Program-made: the position numbers and the translations under genes
DNA from: Camelus dromedarius
Lineage: Eukaryota
Length of the DNA stretch: 64,000 nucleotides
Direction: 5' to 3'
NCBI RefSeq assembly: GCF_036321535.1
Contig: NC_087437.1
Location: 96,288,001-96,352,000, forward strand
The notes under the pieces: model-generated
What the model saw: only the letters and a program-made list of their open reading frames with translations
Told to the model about the DNA's origin: nothing
Database searches by the model: none
Part shown: one piece after another, positions 49,116 to 63,615 of the stretch
How the letters are laid out: every line of letters begins with the position of its first letter
Numbering within the stretch: the first letter of the stretch is position 1

Positions 49116-51769
49116 ATTATGACATATTTTTACACTATAGTACTGAATAGTGTGCTCAGAATGCACGGTCAAGTAGGAACACTAACAATATTTTCTGAGT
49201 AATTTCTCTATCATTTTATTATAAGAATCCATGAACAAGTTAATAATGTCTTTTTTATAAGAGATAAAGAAATAAAAATTAGCATTTACTTTGTAAATTC
49301 CTTCCATACATAAGGACACTTTATTGACAAAGTTCTTTAGTTACCATTTATTTCAAAGGGCCTTACTATAAAGTGAAATATTATGTAAAAATTACTTTGC
49401 AAATGAGATCATGTATATGATGATGGTATTTGATATTTATTAACAAATGAATAAAAAGAAGTACTGGCTTTTATCACCATTTTTTTTTAAATAAAGAAGA
49501 GATTTTAACTCTTCCTTACATTCAGATTCACCTGTTTCGTCCTAACTGTGTTCACAATATCAGCTACTATAGGAACTTTTTTTAGTTTCATACTTTTTGT
49601 ATATTTCTGTACATTCTGTCCTCTCATTAGTGTAATTTACAAAAGAAGTTCTTCATTAATGATTGTAGCTGGTCAAACATTTTTCAAGTTTTATTTATTG
49701 TCTTCTCAAAGGTGTCAACAAAAGTTCTGTCATTAATCACACAATATGCAAGCTTTGCTAATTATGGTAGTAATTCTATTCACTTTAGAGATAGTTAAAT
49801 TGGTTGTTTTAGGGTCAGCATTACAGTTTCTTTCTTCTGTCTGTTATATCATGATAATTTTACCTTTTGAGGTTATAAGCCATGGAATAAAAACATCTAC
49901 ATCATTAACAGTAAACTAATCAAGCACTTTCTCTTGCCATTTCTTAGTATTAAGCCACTATCATATACCTGGGAGATGGCAGACTAAATTACAGGTACTG
50001 TCCTGGTGTAGCATTGACTAAAAGGCTAACTTGTCCAAACCATGATTATTCATATGGTGTACCAACAAACTGAATTAGCAGCATGTCAACTTCTATCACA
50101 AATAGAGATAAATACTGTAAGTAACTAATTAGAAAGACAAGGAATAGAATAGACAATTAAATAAAATTAACTATAATGAAAAACATTAATGATCCTAGAA
50201 AATGTCAAGGGTACATGATGGCTTCCTATGAATTAAGAAGAATGTCAAAGAAATATTCAAAGGACAACCTTGCAACATGTCAAGCTGTGAAATGTTATAG
50301 GTCAGCAACAGTATGGATTAATAATAATGTTTTGCACAGATGGTGCCAGTACAGAGTTAAAATTATATTATAGCATAAATTGTTGCTGTCTAGAAGATTA
50401 ATATAAATATTTCCATCTTTCTGCCTTAAGATGTATTAGTACAAGTAATGACTAACTGAAAAGGTTCCTGAATATAAAACCTGGTAGGCAATCAGGAGAG
50501 TTCTGATTGCAAAGGAGTCTGGGATTTGGCTTAAATCCATAACTAATGTGATGACAATGGAAATATATAGAAATTGATAAGTAAAGTCTGCTACGTTTAG
50601 GAAGACAGGACACCAGAAAATGAAAAAATAGCAAAACAAAATTGAATGCTTACCTTTTTTGGGGGAACAAAATCATGTTTATATGATAAAAAACAGAGTA
50701 GCTATCAAAATAAACATCAATGCCCTGGGCAAGTTTTTTTTTTTTTTTTTTTAAATAAAGCAATGTACTAGCAGATATTTGTGCCAATAACTGACAAACA
50801 GTTCAAGGGGGTAGATAACAGAAACACCCCGTATAAGAAGATTTTGAGGGAGATGCCAATCTCAAATAAGGCTACACACAAGTTCTATTTTTTTTTTTTT
50901 TCTTAATTCCAATGAAGATACCTGGTCAATCCAGTTCTAACCACTGATGAGAAGTGAAGATAGGGAACAAATGTGCTGATTTAATAGTGGGAGCGACAGG
51001 AAGGGCATATATTTACAAGACACTTAAAACACATCAGAAATCTTCCAATCTCCTAGTAATCTCTCTTTATTTTTCTTTCTAGAAAATCATGCTATTAATA
51101 GGTGAACTTGTTACCTGCCTTTGATTTGGTAGTTAACTGATGCAAATTAATCAAATAGTCATTTAATTACAACTCCATGCTATGCACTCACATAGGACAT
51201 GGAAAGTAACAGCTAATATGATACAGTTTCTGTTGTCAATGATCTAAGAGTTTAATGGGAACTGTGGTTAAAAAAGAGAAAAAACAATAATTTTCATAAA
51301 TAATCAGAAATATTAACTAATCTTTAAATACCTCATCATTATAGCTGTTTGACATTGGAAAAAATCTCAAATTATTGATGCTCAATTAGCATCTGTAAAT
51401 TGAGAGATTAGATTATCTTCAATTCCTTTTAACCTTTACATCCTGTAATATAAGCAAAACAGTAATGGAAACAAGTAAGTGTAGTCAGTGAATGTGAAGT
51501 TATAAGTTCCAGTAGTGGATATGATTAGAAATTTAGATTAAACTAAAAGAAAAAAAAATAGACTATAATTTGTAACTTTTAAGAATCAATCCACATAGAT
51601 GAGTGGGGAGAAACCCTCCTTATTAAACTCTGCACTCCCAAAGTCTAATACAATGATTAGGTTGTTGTTCCATAAATGTTTACCGAATTAAAAAGATGAC
51701 ATGGAAGATCCTTTATGGAGAAGACACAATATTTTTATTTTTATAAATATTTTTCTCCCCAATTTGAAG

Positions 51770-52030
51770 CAGTTTAATAGGTAAGATGGTACTTTCAGTT
51801 TTGGACAAATGAGAAAATACAGTAAGGTATCTGTAAGACATCCAAGTGGCCACATTAAGTGGCTTGAATAAGCAGGTCTGCTATACTTAAGCTATAGAAA
51901 TTCACTGAGGAAATGTCAGCATTCATGTAGTAACTGAAGACATGAAATTAAAAGGCATCACTCAAGAAAAGTACTCTAAGAAATACTAAGTTTACAGAGC
52001 AAGCTGAAGAAATGGAAACTGTAGAGATTA
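51770..52030 (-). mobile_element. L2 fragment
   Basis: ttcagttttggacaaatgag...tctgtaagacatccaagtgg...gtcagcattcatgtagtaactgaagacatg. Confidence 0.65.
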
Positions 52031-52229
52031 CTGCAATTTGATTCACATTGGTTTGTATGTGTGCCCTTGATACCCAAATCTATTTCTGCAAACTAAATGA
52101 ACTTTTCCAATGATTTCTATAACTTATGTTTTTATGGAAAAACTAATTTGGTTTTAGGGCACAAAAAATCACATACATCATATTTAACATTTGAAAATTA
52201 ATCTTGTCACTTGTAAGCTGATCTATGAA

Positions 52230-52490
52230 CAGTAATAGCTAACATTTACTGAGAATTTACTATATACTAGTTACTGTTCTAAATCTTTGGCAAGCATTAT
52301 CTGTTTTCATCTTAATTGTAATACCAAAAATAGATATTGTTAAATTGCCATCTTATGAAAAGAAAATACCTAGCCATACAAATATATACTTGCTGAGTAT
52401 TTTGCCCACAGTTCCCATGAGAGTAAATGGTAACTGGGAGATTGGAATCAGTGTCTGTTTTACCCAAAGACATGCTCTTTGTATTCACTA
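52230..52490 (-). mobile_element. MIR SINE
   Basis: taatagctaacatttactgagaatttactatat...tttgcccacagttcccatgagagtaaatggtaactgggagattggaatcag. Confidence 0.8.
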
Positions 52491-53070
52491 TAAAAGATTG
52501 AAATATAAACACTTTTAGTTTATCTGAATTTACCTATCATACTCAGCAGGGGGGAGAGAGAGAGAGTCTATTTCCACAATTCAGTCATTTCCAAACACTA
52601 TTCCTATGAAACAGGATTTGGACATCTACTGTTCTCTCACAGTCTCTCTTTCCACATGCAATGAGAACATTTCAGTATCCTGATTGCGATGGATGAGTAT
52701 GATACTTTATGGAAGAATCAATGAATTTTTAAAGATAATTTTTCATTATTTTGTCATGAACTAACTTTTAAAACAAATTCCAATTGAAAACGCAATTCAG
52801 CAAAGTGTTTATTGTTTTTGGGGTGGAGGGAGATAGAAAGTAGGAAGAAGAAAGGAGGGAAAAAGAGAAATTGACTAATTCTTATCACAAGGAAATCTCA
52901 AGCTTCTAAAAGATTAAGCCTTTAGCCTTATCTACTGATTCTATCATCTTTGATATTGAAAAAACAAAAATCACTTGTATGAATATCCACAAATAATATT
53001 TGAATGCTTTTCATGTTAATTGCTGGGATAAAAGAACTAAAAATTAAAATGTATTAAATATACCATATCT

Positions 53071-53071
<1 letters not shown>

Positions 53072-53112
<41 letters not shown>
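53072..53112 (+). repeat. (ATC)13 microsatellite at the tail of an antisense MIR (to ~53305)
   Basis: 13 perfect ATC units, followed by MIR-like aaatgactttccaaatgtcatgtagc...agaaacccaggg. Confidence 0.9.
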
Positions 53113-55049
53113 TCTTGGGATATCTGTTACCCAGCAGGCACCACATTGGGTATATAACCTCTAAAACATGCAACACTTTTCAAGAGCTAATCTCCAGTTC
53201 AAAGATCTATGTTTCTCAGTTCAGAAAATGACTTTCCAAATGTCATGTAGCTTAGAGTTAGAAACCCAGGGCTCTTAGTCTCTAAAGCATGAACTCCTTT
53301 CACTTCCAAGAAAATGGCTCATGTTAGTTTAAGTTATGTGATTAATATTCCATGCTAACAGTAAGGAGTGAAGTGTCTCATTCAACAACAAAATGGAAAA
53401 AGGAGATTTGAACAAGTTAACAACTGGATTCTCAATTCTAAACAAAAACAGCTGACTCATACAATGCAATTATTCTAAAATATGCCCAGAGAAAAGTGTC
53501 CAGAGAGTATCTAAAGATTAGCAATTAAATATTTCTCACATGGAAAAACAAAAGGTTCTGGGACACATACCACACATTTAGAACACTTTTTCTTTTCTGT
53601 TTGCAGGATACTTGTAAATTTTTCTTTTACTACAGCTGAACTAATAGAAGCTGAAACAGAAAATTGCTTCATTGAATGGTGAGATTTCTCATTCTTACTT
53701 TTGTGTCAGTTAAAAATAAAAAGCTCATTGTAATTACCAAGAAGGTTTGTGCCTTACTTTCAGCAGAGATAGAACGGCTCACTTGATAATAAAATGCTAG
53801 CCAATGCCCTCTGTCTCTTTCGAGGTCTGACTTTACTCACTTGAGAGACACCATTTTTTTCACTTGAATAATTTTGTATAAATAAACTCAGATTTTGCTA
53901 GCTAAGCACGTGGAAGTCATACAAAGCACACCTAATCACACGGTTTAAGCATTCAAAATGTACCATATTGCAAAAACTGCAGTGCTGTTTCTGTCAAAAC
54001 CTGTCACCTGATGCATAAAATTGTTGGTTTTATGAGTCATTTTTCAGTGAACTCTAATGGAAACATGGCTGATGGAGATTTTAATGAAAGATGCAGATTT
54101 TTTTTTCTTTCTTTCAACAAAACTCAAACTAAACTGTCCTTTCTGTGATTAAAAATAACACTTTTTTTTGTAAATAGAGAAAATCCTTTACTAATAATTT
54201 TAAATACTTAACATACTTTACAGCACATACATTATTTTTTCATTTCTCTAAAAATGTATTTGCCAGTCTAACTTCATATCTAAGAATGTAAAAATGCACT
54301 TACCTCCATATGTACTTTTTAAATTCAAAGATAAAAATTATATACCTTTTCTTTCTCATTATTATTTTGTTTTTATAATCTTAATAATCATTTGCTTCTA
54401 TCACTAAAAGTGACTATTTCATGCTCTGAACTTCAAGCTCAAGTTTTATTCTGTAAACCTTAATTAACATTGAATTCTAGAATAGAATATTTAATAAATG
54501 TTAATTCCAAAGAACAATCAAGCTAATTGTACTATGATTATTTTACATCTTCACAGTAAATCAACTGACATATCTGACTAAATGTCCAGTAATCTTAGAA
54601 ACGTTTACCTTTCATTTGATGGCCAGTAAGACTACAAAAATTACTTTACAGAGCTAAAATATTTATAAATAATTTGTAGATATCTATACATATCTAGAAT
54701 AAAATAGATCATAAATGGTTTTTGTTCGTATTTCCTCAGATAATTTCTTTTCACATAGGTTTACATGTAAATACTTTTACTCTGGCTCTTATAAGTCATT
54801 TTATGAGAAAAAAATTAATGTTTGTTCAAGCTTAGAACCCAGTAGACTATGGAGAAGGTGATTTTCACAGGCATAAGTTCAGCAAATGATAAAGTTTCTG
54901 TTGCCCAATGCCCTAATGAAATTGCCACTCTCTTAAAGCAAAGTTTTCTTATTTCATTTGATTGAATAATTTTCCATACTATCTACTATGTTCCAGGTAG
55001 GCTGAAGTACATAAAATCACTAATACCTGCCCTTTCCCTTAAGAGGTAC

Positions 55050-55623
55050 AAGCATCAGCTAACTACTGCTGCCTCACCACCACCTCAAAACTTGGTGGCT
55101 TAGAAAAGCAGCATAATGGCTTACAACTATTTCATTTGCTTACACTTGGGTGGGTCAGCAATTAAGGCTAAACTCTGCTGAGTGGGTCTTCTGATCTCAC
55201 CTGGGGACACCCACGCATCAACAGTCATCTGGGGGCAATACTGGGGCTGAATGGTCAAAGATGGCGTCATCAACACTTCTAGGTAGTTGGTGCTGGCTGC
55301 GGTCACTGGGATAGCTGTATAGTTGGGCCATTCTCCCTACTTGGTCTCTCAATTTCAAAGGGTCGAGGCCATGCTGCTTCAAATGGTGGCATCCATGTTC
55401 CAAGAAGGCAATGTGAAATCAGCAAGGCCCCAATGAGATGTCAGCTCAGCGTATCAATTCTACTGTATTCTATTGGTTAAAGAGAGTGACAAGGCTGGCC
55501 CTAAACAAGCAGTAGAGAAATGGACTCCTTCTCTTGATAGGAGTGACAAAGTCACATTGCAAAGAGTCTAAGTACAGTGATGGAAGTAATTATTATACTC
55601 ATCTTTGCAAATACTCTACCACA
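55050..55623 (-). mobile_element. MLT1 (G/H-like) MaLR solo LTR
   Basis: ccacctcaaaacttggtggcttag...ctggggctgaatggtcaaagatggc...tattctattggttaaag...catctttgcaaatactctaccaca (reverse complement begins tgtggtag). Confidence 0.8.
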
Positions 55624-58600
55624 GTTAAAAAAAATAACGTGACTCTTTATAAGCTTTAGGTACAATAAGCAAGAGTTTATATACAATAGACTATCTCCTA
55701 CATATACAAATTGAAATAGTGCAATGTTGCAGGCACATTTCTCTACTACTTATAATCTCGCAAGGAAAAATCTAAAAAGTAATTTAAAACAAGACAACCA
55801 AAACATATAGGTACAATAAACATAGGTTCTCTCTTTCTTTATTATGTTGTACACTAGAATTTCTCAATAGGAAGCTCTAATTTTGGAACCAGCATATGAG
55901 ACATCAATTTTACTCTTAATTTAAAGAAAAATACTCATTAATTGTAAAGGATACTATCTATGATGTTCCTGCAGGAACTGTATGGATATAAAACATGAAC
56001 TCCCTCCCAAGCAAGGTGGTATGCCAAGTTTTTTCTGTAATTTACATGATCCACTTTGTGACCTAGTTGTCTCTCCAGAGATGTCCCAAGAGCAGACTAC
56101 ATGGTGTTTATAAGGCAGAGTAGAACTAACTGAAACTTATTATGTTAAATTTCAGTTTAGTGTATAAAAACTTTAATTTTTAACAGTTTATTTTTATTTG
56201 ATGTTCTCGGAATTTAACAGATGTTAATCCAACAACAATACTAAAAAAGAACCTCATCATTATTAATGGACAGAAAAAAAAAGCACAAGCATTGAATATT
56301 TCAACACATGGCAATCAGAATATCATGTTTCTGAGTACAGCAAGCTTCGTAAAAAATTTAACGGTGCCTTCTTCCTGAATACACAAGAACAGGTAGGTAT
56401 TCATAGACCATCCAAAATGCTGCTAAGTAACTTACTAGTCTTGGCTGTTGTTATGAAACATTCCTCGGCACAGTATCAATTTAAATTTCAATATACTTGA
56501 GAAAAACTTCTCTCAAATAGCAACGGTTTATAAGCAGGTTTTCTCTTATCAAAGTCTGATCTCGCTTTTCTTTGAGAAAACTTCTGGCTCTCCAGGAAAT
56601 TAAATAGCATCTGATTGGCTTGTTTACACTTTCTCATTTCCCCAAACCATTTTGCTTCATTTACTGCATTCTGTCACAGTGAAAGTGATTTGGGATTTAA
56701 AATGGATTCATTCTGCTCAAACAGATGTCAAAGATGAGGTACATTGGTTTTAACAACTATTTAGGGGCCAAGAGAGGAATAGCTCTTCCCATGTAAAAGA
56801 CTATCATGAGCATCCAAAGGAGTGTTTTTTATTTTTCTCCACAGCTATACTTCACTAAATTTAGTCAAATTTATTGAGCAATAGTTTTGTGTATCAGTGC
56901 AGAGAACTGATATGCATCTTTAATTTAAACACTCTGCTAATGTATTATAGAAATTATAATACATGGAAATAATTTTGTTTTACTAGAAACTATGTTATAG
57001 CATTTGAACAGTGCGAGAAAAAAATATATAACATCTATTTTTACATCAATAAAGTGATTTTAAAAGAAAAGCAAAAATTATGCTCCTTATACTTCAGAGA
57101 ATGCGACAACATAATGAACAAATTTGGACATATGTTTATTTTTGGTTATGCTTTTTTGTGGTTGTGGCACTGGGATGCAATGAGAAATTAATACTTGCCC
57201 AGCAGTTAAATCAGCATGGCTAGAGCTTAATGATATAGTAGTTTTGATATCACTTCAAATTATTATTGGTTTTAAATTATGTCACATGCATTGCAAAATA
57301 TTATCAGATGAGGTGGAGAAGAAAGAAAATATTAACTGCCTGTGTCATCATCTTTTTGTATTTGTATGCACGTGTGTGTACTGGGCGGGGGGGGGGGCTG
57401 TCTTTGATGTCTACGATTTTGCCTCAGTAAGTGATTCTTTGACAATTAGATTGTGCTGAAAAGTATTTAGTGACCTGAAGTATGATGCTATTAACATCAG
57501 CTAGAAAGACAGAAAAAAATCAATACAAATTTTGCTCACAATTAGCAAATAATTCAATGATTTCTTGCTAGTTCTCTAGAGAGGAAGGTTGTGGAATCCT
57601 TGAATTCAAGGGAAGATACTTTGGATTTATTTCTACAGAAAAGCTTATCTCACAAACCTGATGAATAAAGGCATAAGTCTAAATGAGTCAATGCCTCAGG
57701 GTAATTGGAGTTACAGACCCAATTACTACATGTCATCCTCAGTAATTATTTCTCCTATGCAGTATATTAGACATAGTTTCAAGTGTTCCTATGGTTTATA
57801 TTTCAGAGAAAAGCTAGCCTTGCTATTTTTAAATCTGCAAAACCACATTTTAAACTGTTGAAAAGCAACTGTTGCCTTTTTATTCTAGTACAATTAATTA
57901 GTCAAAAACACAACTTTATGTATCTTTCTTTTTTCTAAGAAACTATCATGGAAATTCTAGCTTTCATAGTTACCAAATTAAGTTTAGGTATGCATTTAAA
58001 CTGTGCTCTTATCTTATTGAGAGACTTTTTGGATGAACTTATAAAATCCCCAACCTTGTTTTATGAAATTATTTACTATTATAAAGGTCATCTTTTCTTT
58101 CCCTTTTATAAGTTTTGGTCAAAAGTCCCTTTTAGGCAGCATATATGATAATTTTTGTATGGCTATTTAAGAGTGACAGTACTAAAAAGTATATATAATT
58201 ACTGGGGGGGAAGGGACTCTTCTGTGGGCAGTCAACATGCTCATACTACACCAAATCAGCTGTTGGTTTGTTTACTTTACCTTATATTCAGTCAACTTAG
58301 AGATATATGCAATTATTGAATGTTCAAACTGGTTGTTAGCAATCCTGAAATAGTCTTAATTTTAATATCATATTTTTTTCTTAAATTAAAAAAAATTACA
58401 CTTTTTTACAATGTATCTTTTCACTATTAGCACAGTGGCTAACGATGCTGGCAGCCAGGTGCCTAACTTTCTGCTTTCAAGCCAGTCATCCTCCTAAGAC
58501 ACTGAATTACTTCAGTCCTCGAAAAGGCTGTATCTAAGGAAGAAGCAAAACATGTCAGCAGCAGATGTCACCAAACTGGTGTAGCACATCAATCACTTAC

Positions 58601-61600
58601 TCATTTTCATCTGCCAAAAAAGGACAATATGCCATGTAAAGAAGGAGCCTACCAAACCAGCTCAAGGTGTGGAACTGAGAAGCACTGCACTGCAGACATG
58701 TGGCCCATCCTGCTTCAGTCACAGCAATTAGCAAGGCTGCCTCCTGAAACTGCAAACACAGGTGACAATTCTGCTGACAACCCCCAACTGGAGATACTAA
58801 CTAACCAGAGATGAAATCCAGGCTCTTCCTATATAAATACATGACTTAAGTAAAGATCTCTCCTAATTCCCAAAGCTCAAGATAAACAGATGAGCTCTTT
58901 TCAGTAACTGCCACTCTTTTCCCAAATAGGATTTTCTATGTGATTCACTCAGAGACTTAACTGTTCGGGCAGCAATTGTTCTTTGTGGAACAGTCAATGC
59001 TGCTAAATCCAAAATTCCCATGAATTTTTTGAACTTCTTTTTTCCTCTTTAAAACTTCTCAGATTAGCCAAATGTTAGCTTCAATTAACTGAATGTAGCC
59101 AAGTATAACTTCCCTGCCAAAGAACAAACTAATAAACACCAACAGGCAGAAACTGGTATAAACTGACATTCAACAGAGTTATTGAAGATATTTATATGGA
59201 GACATAAGTTAATGTATACAGAATGTTCATTAAAATGTAAACATTTTATACATACATATCTGCCTAATCAGAGTAAGTGCATAATTACATGCTCATATCT
59301 ACCAAGCACCATAAAAAGTTTACATTCTCTTAAAACCTCATCCTCTGCATCCATTAGGTTAGTCTTTCTAATAAAATATATAAAGACATGAACCTAAACT
59401 AATTTATGCAAATACATGTGTAGAAAGGGAAGATATGAATATTAAAATTCTGCTCAGCATTCTTGAATTTATTTATGTGAACTTTAGAGGGAAATGTTGA
59501 ATAAACAGAAGAGATGATCTGAAGTGAAAGATGAAGGTATGGATAATAATAAATGAGAAATGAATGCAGAAGTAATCAGAGGTGAGAATAATCTGCTTAA
59601 TTTATAAAGTAGGCAGCCTGGAATGGATGTTATATACAGATCACTTTAGAAGCTGTGAGGTTGGTAACAGTGACGTAGGAATCAAGAAAAAAAAAAGATT
59701 TGGTATGAGGGAGGCAATCTTTATTAGATAACCCATAGCGTTACCTTTACCCCTTTTTTAGTCCAAGACGGCCACCTCAATGACATGTTGGCCCGCTGGG
59801 GATGCAGCTACCACTTGCATGGGGAAGAGAGAGAAGAATACTCCAGATGTAGTCAGAGGATCTAAATCCTTTTTATTAATAAGAGAAGTGATTAAGATGC
59901 TAAACTATAAATTACTTATAATAGTGTCTTAGAAGGACATAGTAAAAATGCTTTGAAGGAAAAATAAAGAGAACTATGATTTTTTTTCTGAAATTGCTCT
60001 ATTATTTTATAAAATTCACTTACAGTAGAAATGTCCTGCCTCTAAACCAAGAACTCCAAAAGCACATACATTTATCCTCCAGTATCATTCTGAAAAGGTG
60101 TGTCATGGTATTGACAATAACTTAGCTATAAAACTGAGCGGAACTGCACTGTTTTTAATTGACAATTAGAGTGATTGATACTTAGACTATTTACCAATAT
60201 ATGTAAATAATGTTGCAACATTTACCTAAGATCTTATGGAAAGAGGTCTTGGAAACCTAAGATTTCAAAGGAGGAAAAATCCATGTTAAGCTGAATTTAT
60301 TTTTCTTTTGAGTCTGTTTCCTTTTCAGGAAAAGGAAACTCTAGCCCATATATCTGACAAGATTGTTTAAAAGATTACTGAATAAAATGCATGAGAAATA
60401 GTTCCATAAACTGTTCAGAGCTATATAAATGTTATAAGCAAAAATAAGACCTTTGATTTTACATTTATTTTTCTTCAGATTGCATTCAATCAAGCTCTAG
60501 TACTCCATGAAGTATCTAAGGATCTCAATATTAGATTTGACTTTCATTTAAAATTTGTTTTTAAACTAAAATCTTCAAATGTAATAAATAATATGCACTA
60601 AAAAATAGTATATTCCAAACCTACTATTTGACAACTACTGTATGTGCTGCCAATATAACTGACCCGACTCAGAGCTCAGGCTCAAACTCTTCCTGACCAA
60701 CAAATAGAAAACGAAAGTTCTTCTTATTGCTAATGCTTGCATAGCAGCGTAAAGTTTTAAAAGCCACTTTAGACTCTTTACATGGGACAGCCACACACAT
60801 TACACTGCCGTGGATCTTGGGTCAGATGGTTGTGTTTTAGCACTAGACTTGATGCTTTTTTTTTTTTTTTTAATTTAAAAGCTTGTTCACTTAAAAAAAA
60901 AAGTGAACCTTTTCCACTTGTAAAATGGTGCAAAAGAGAATGCTACACACGTGTACTCTGGTAGGGCCAGTTGACACAGGGGCATCTGCTGTGTTGGATA
61001 AGGACGCATCACAGTGCTTTGGTCATCTGACTGATACCAAATGATGTAATATGTCATACCAACATGAAGTTGTAGTCTAGATTATTTTGATATTCATCAG
61101 TTTTGGATGTTTATCAGACATTCATAATCATGATATCTCTTTAAACACTTTTTAATTATGTTTTATATATTAAGAGTTCTGCTTTTGAAAACTTTTCCAT
61201 TGGCTGGAAAAAATTTTGAAAACTGTACTGTTCTCTTACATAATAGGTGGTCTTGGATAATGGCCACTATCTATTTTGAACTGGAAATAGCAGCATGGAA
61301 GGATTCATCATTGTAAATTTCATATTATTCTTACATTTTAACTTAGAAATCAATTCTGAAATGTTTTATGTTTAAACCTAAAAAAAAAAAAAACTCAGAT
61401 TAAGATGCGTTAAAGCTTTCCTTACTCCAAAAACAAAATATTGATAAGCATCAGCAAAATTAATCATTTAGAATTTCTGTTTTCTTTGAATTGCTGAACA
61501 GATGAACAGCTTAAAGTAGCACTCCTTCAGTATCTTCAAGCTTATTCCCCAAAAGTGATTTTTAAAGTTTAGAAATGAGCACTTTTTGTTTTTTACAAGA

Positions 61601-61930
61601 GTAAAAAAAGTCACTTTAAAAACCTCGACCAATGACACTTACTTCGTAACTTTTACTCTGGGTGATCATTTTTCTTCAATTTAATCCCAAAGACCTTGCT
61701 TACACAGATGTCCTTTGGAATACTGACTTCTTATGCAGTGCAACTCGTTTTATAAAGGAATTCTTTCCTTATTTAAATTCAGACATGAAAATACCTATTT
61801 TCTTAGTATCTATAAGTTTTAATCTTCCCAAAATGCTTTTTATGTACTGTTTAACAATAATGTTAGAGTGTTGGTACTTTTAACTCAACAATTGTTATCC
61901 TATTTTTACCCTATATTACCTTATGCAATA

Positions 61931-61941
61931 TGCATGCATAC

Positions 61942-61992
<51 letters not shown>
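61931..61992 (+). repeat. Compound (TA)n(CA)n microsatellite
   Basis: catatatatatatatatatatacacacacacacacacacacacacacacaca. Confidence 0.95.
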
Positions 61993-61993
<1 letters not shown>

Positions 61994-63504
61994 TCCTGTC
62001 ACTCTTCTGAAAACATTGCATGTTTTGCACAGTGGACTTCAAAACATATTTATTTGATTAAATTAAAGAATACAATGCTCAAAAACCAAAAGAAATGAAA
62101 AAGAGCTGCTCTATTGTAAAACCAGTTGGACAATGAAGGCCACAGGGGGTCAAGCCCCCAAATCAAAGAGGAGATGCTCACAAGGAGAGGCTAACGTATA
62201 GAACACCCTACTGAATACTCCACGCTTCTCACCTGTATCTTCTCCACTGGGTATTGACTTGGCAAACTCAGTGTGGAATCTTTGCCAGGAAGAATTACGT
62301 TGATTTTGGAAATCTAAAAAGACCTATGGCAGGAAAGGGACAAACAGGGAAGTGAGAAAGAAAAGAAGGTAGACTGAGGGCTCTTTCTGGATCTGAGTGC
62401 TCAGTGAGAGAGCCTCTCCTCCCATTCCTTCCACCTACCCTCAAATGTTTCTGGAGAGGCAGTTTCAGGAACCAGGTAAATTCATAGTGGTGGAAATGGA
62501 AAAGGGACCTAGCAAAAAATAACCAATATCAAGACTGTACACTAGGTTAGACTTTGCTTCTTTCCAAATAAGAATCAACAGAGAAATATAAAATTGGCCT
62601 TTCACATAGGTGAAAGGAGTTAGGGAAATTTTAAGACAATTGTTCAAAGTGAAACACAGGAAACGATAGCTGTTTACTTTACTATAAACACAATGAATTT
62701 AGCCTTTAATGATTCACTTTGCTCTTTATAGAATAATAAAAAAAAAAGAGAGAGAAACTTTCATTTATCATGTAATGATCCATATATATTGGCTGAGATG
62801 CTTAATCAGTGCATGATATAAATACTAAAGCCATATGCTCATCTCATTATAAAAAGAAATCTTCGTGCTTGTAAACATAAAATTGTTATAGTTTTTTGAA
62901 AAAGTCAATAGGCATTGCTACAATTTAACTTTTATTTATATAAGAAGACTCCCAAATCATCAATGAATTTTGCTATTCAGTACAAAAAAAAAAAAAAAAG
63001 ACTTAAAATGGCGTATGGAAATAATTACAGGGGCAAAATTCTCGTTTCAGTAGGCACATTATACCCACCAATATGAAAAATTAGGCTTTTTATTGACCAA
63101 GTGATGTAAGAATGTATCATAAGTAAAGACAAGGTTAAAAAGCATCATGAGAAAGGATTGGTATTAGCAATGGTCATTTTATTCAACTATCTCATGGTTA
63201 CAGCAAATACATAGTAGGCTAACATAAATGGAAATGATTTATGCATTTTAGCTACATTTATATTCTTTGTTTCTCACATTGAACAATGTATAGATGTTTA
63301 AGTATCTCGTGATTTTAAAACTATAGATTAAGTAAAAACTTCATTTCCATTTGCACATCCTTTTGCTACATCATTTATTCAATAAACACTACAAGGCTGC
63401 CTGCAAGGCCAGTACCAGACCAGTATGTAATAGCCCAAGGGTCAAACTGGTCCGTTACCAATTTTCATAGGGTTAGTGAGGTAAGAACAGTATTTACATT
63501 TTAA

Positions 63505-63615
63505 TTTTTTTAGTTAATGTTTTATTGAAGTATAGTTGATTTACAGTATTATGACACTTTGAATATCTTACAACTTTATTTGTCAGTCATACCTCAATAA
63601 ATCTGGGGGGGAAAA
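63505..63615. mobile_element. Two short, oppositely oriented L1 3' termini joined together
   Basis: Minus strand: ttttattgaagtatagttgatttacagtatt. Plus strand: tatcttacaactttatttgtcagtcatacctcaataaatctgggggggaaaa. Confidence 0.6.

Noticed and set aside
60885..60908. Hairpin gttcactt-A8-aagtgaac near a poly-T run, resembling an intrinsic terminator
   Set aside because: An 8-bp stem in low-complexity eukaryotic intron is expected by chance, and bacterial-style terminators do not apply here.
62100..62470. Purine-rich, GC-elevated segment, possibly an ancient Gypsy/LTR relic
   Set aside because: I could not assign a family or boundaries from sequence alone.
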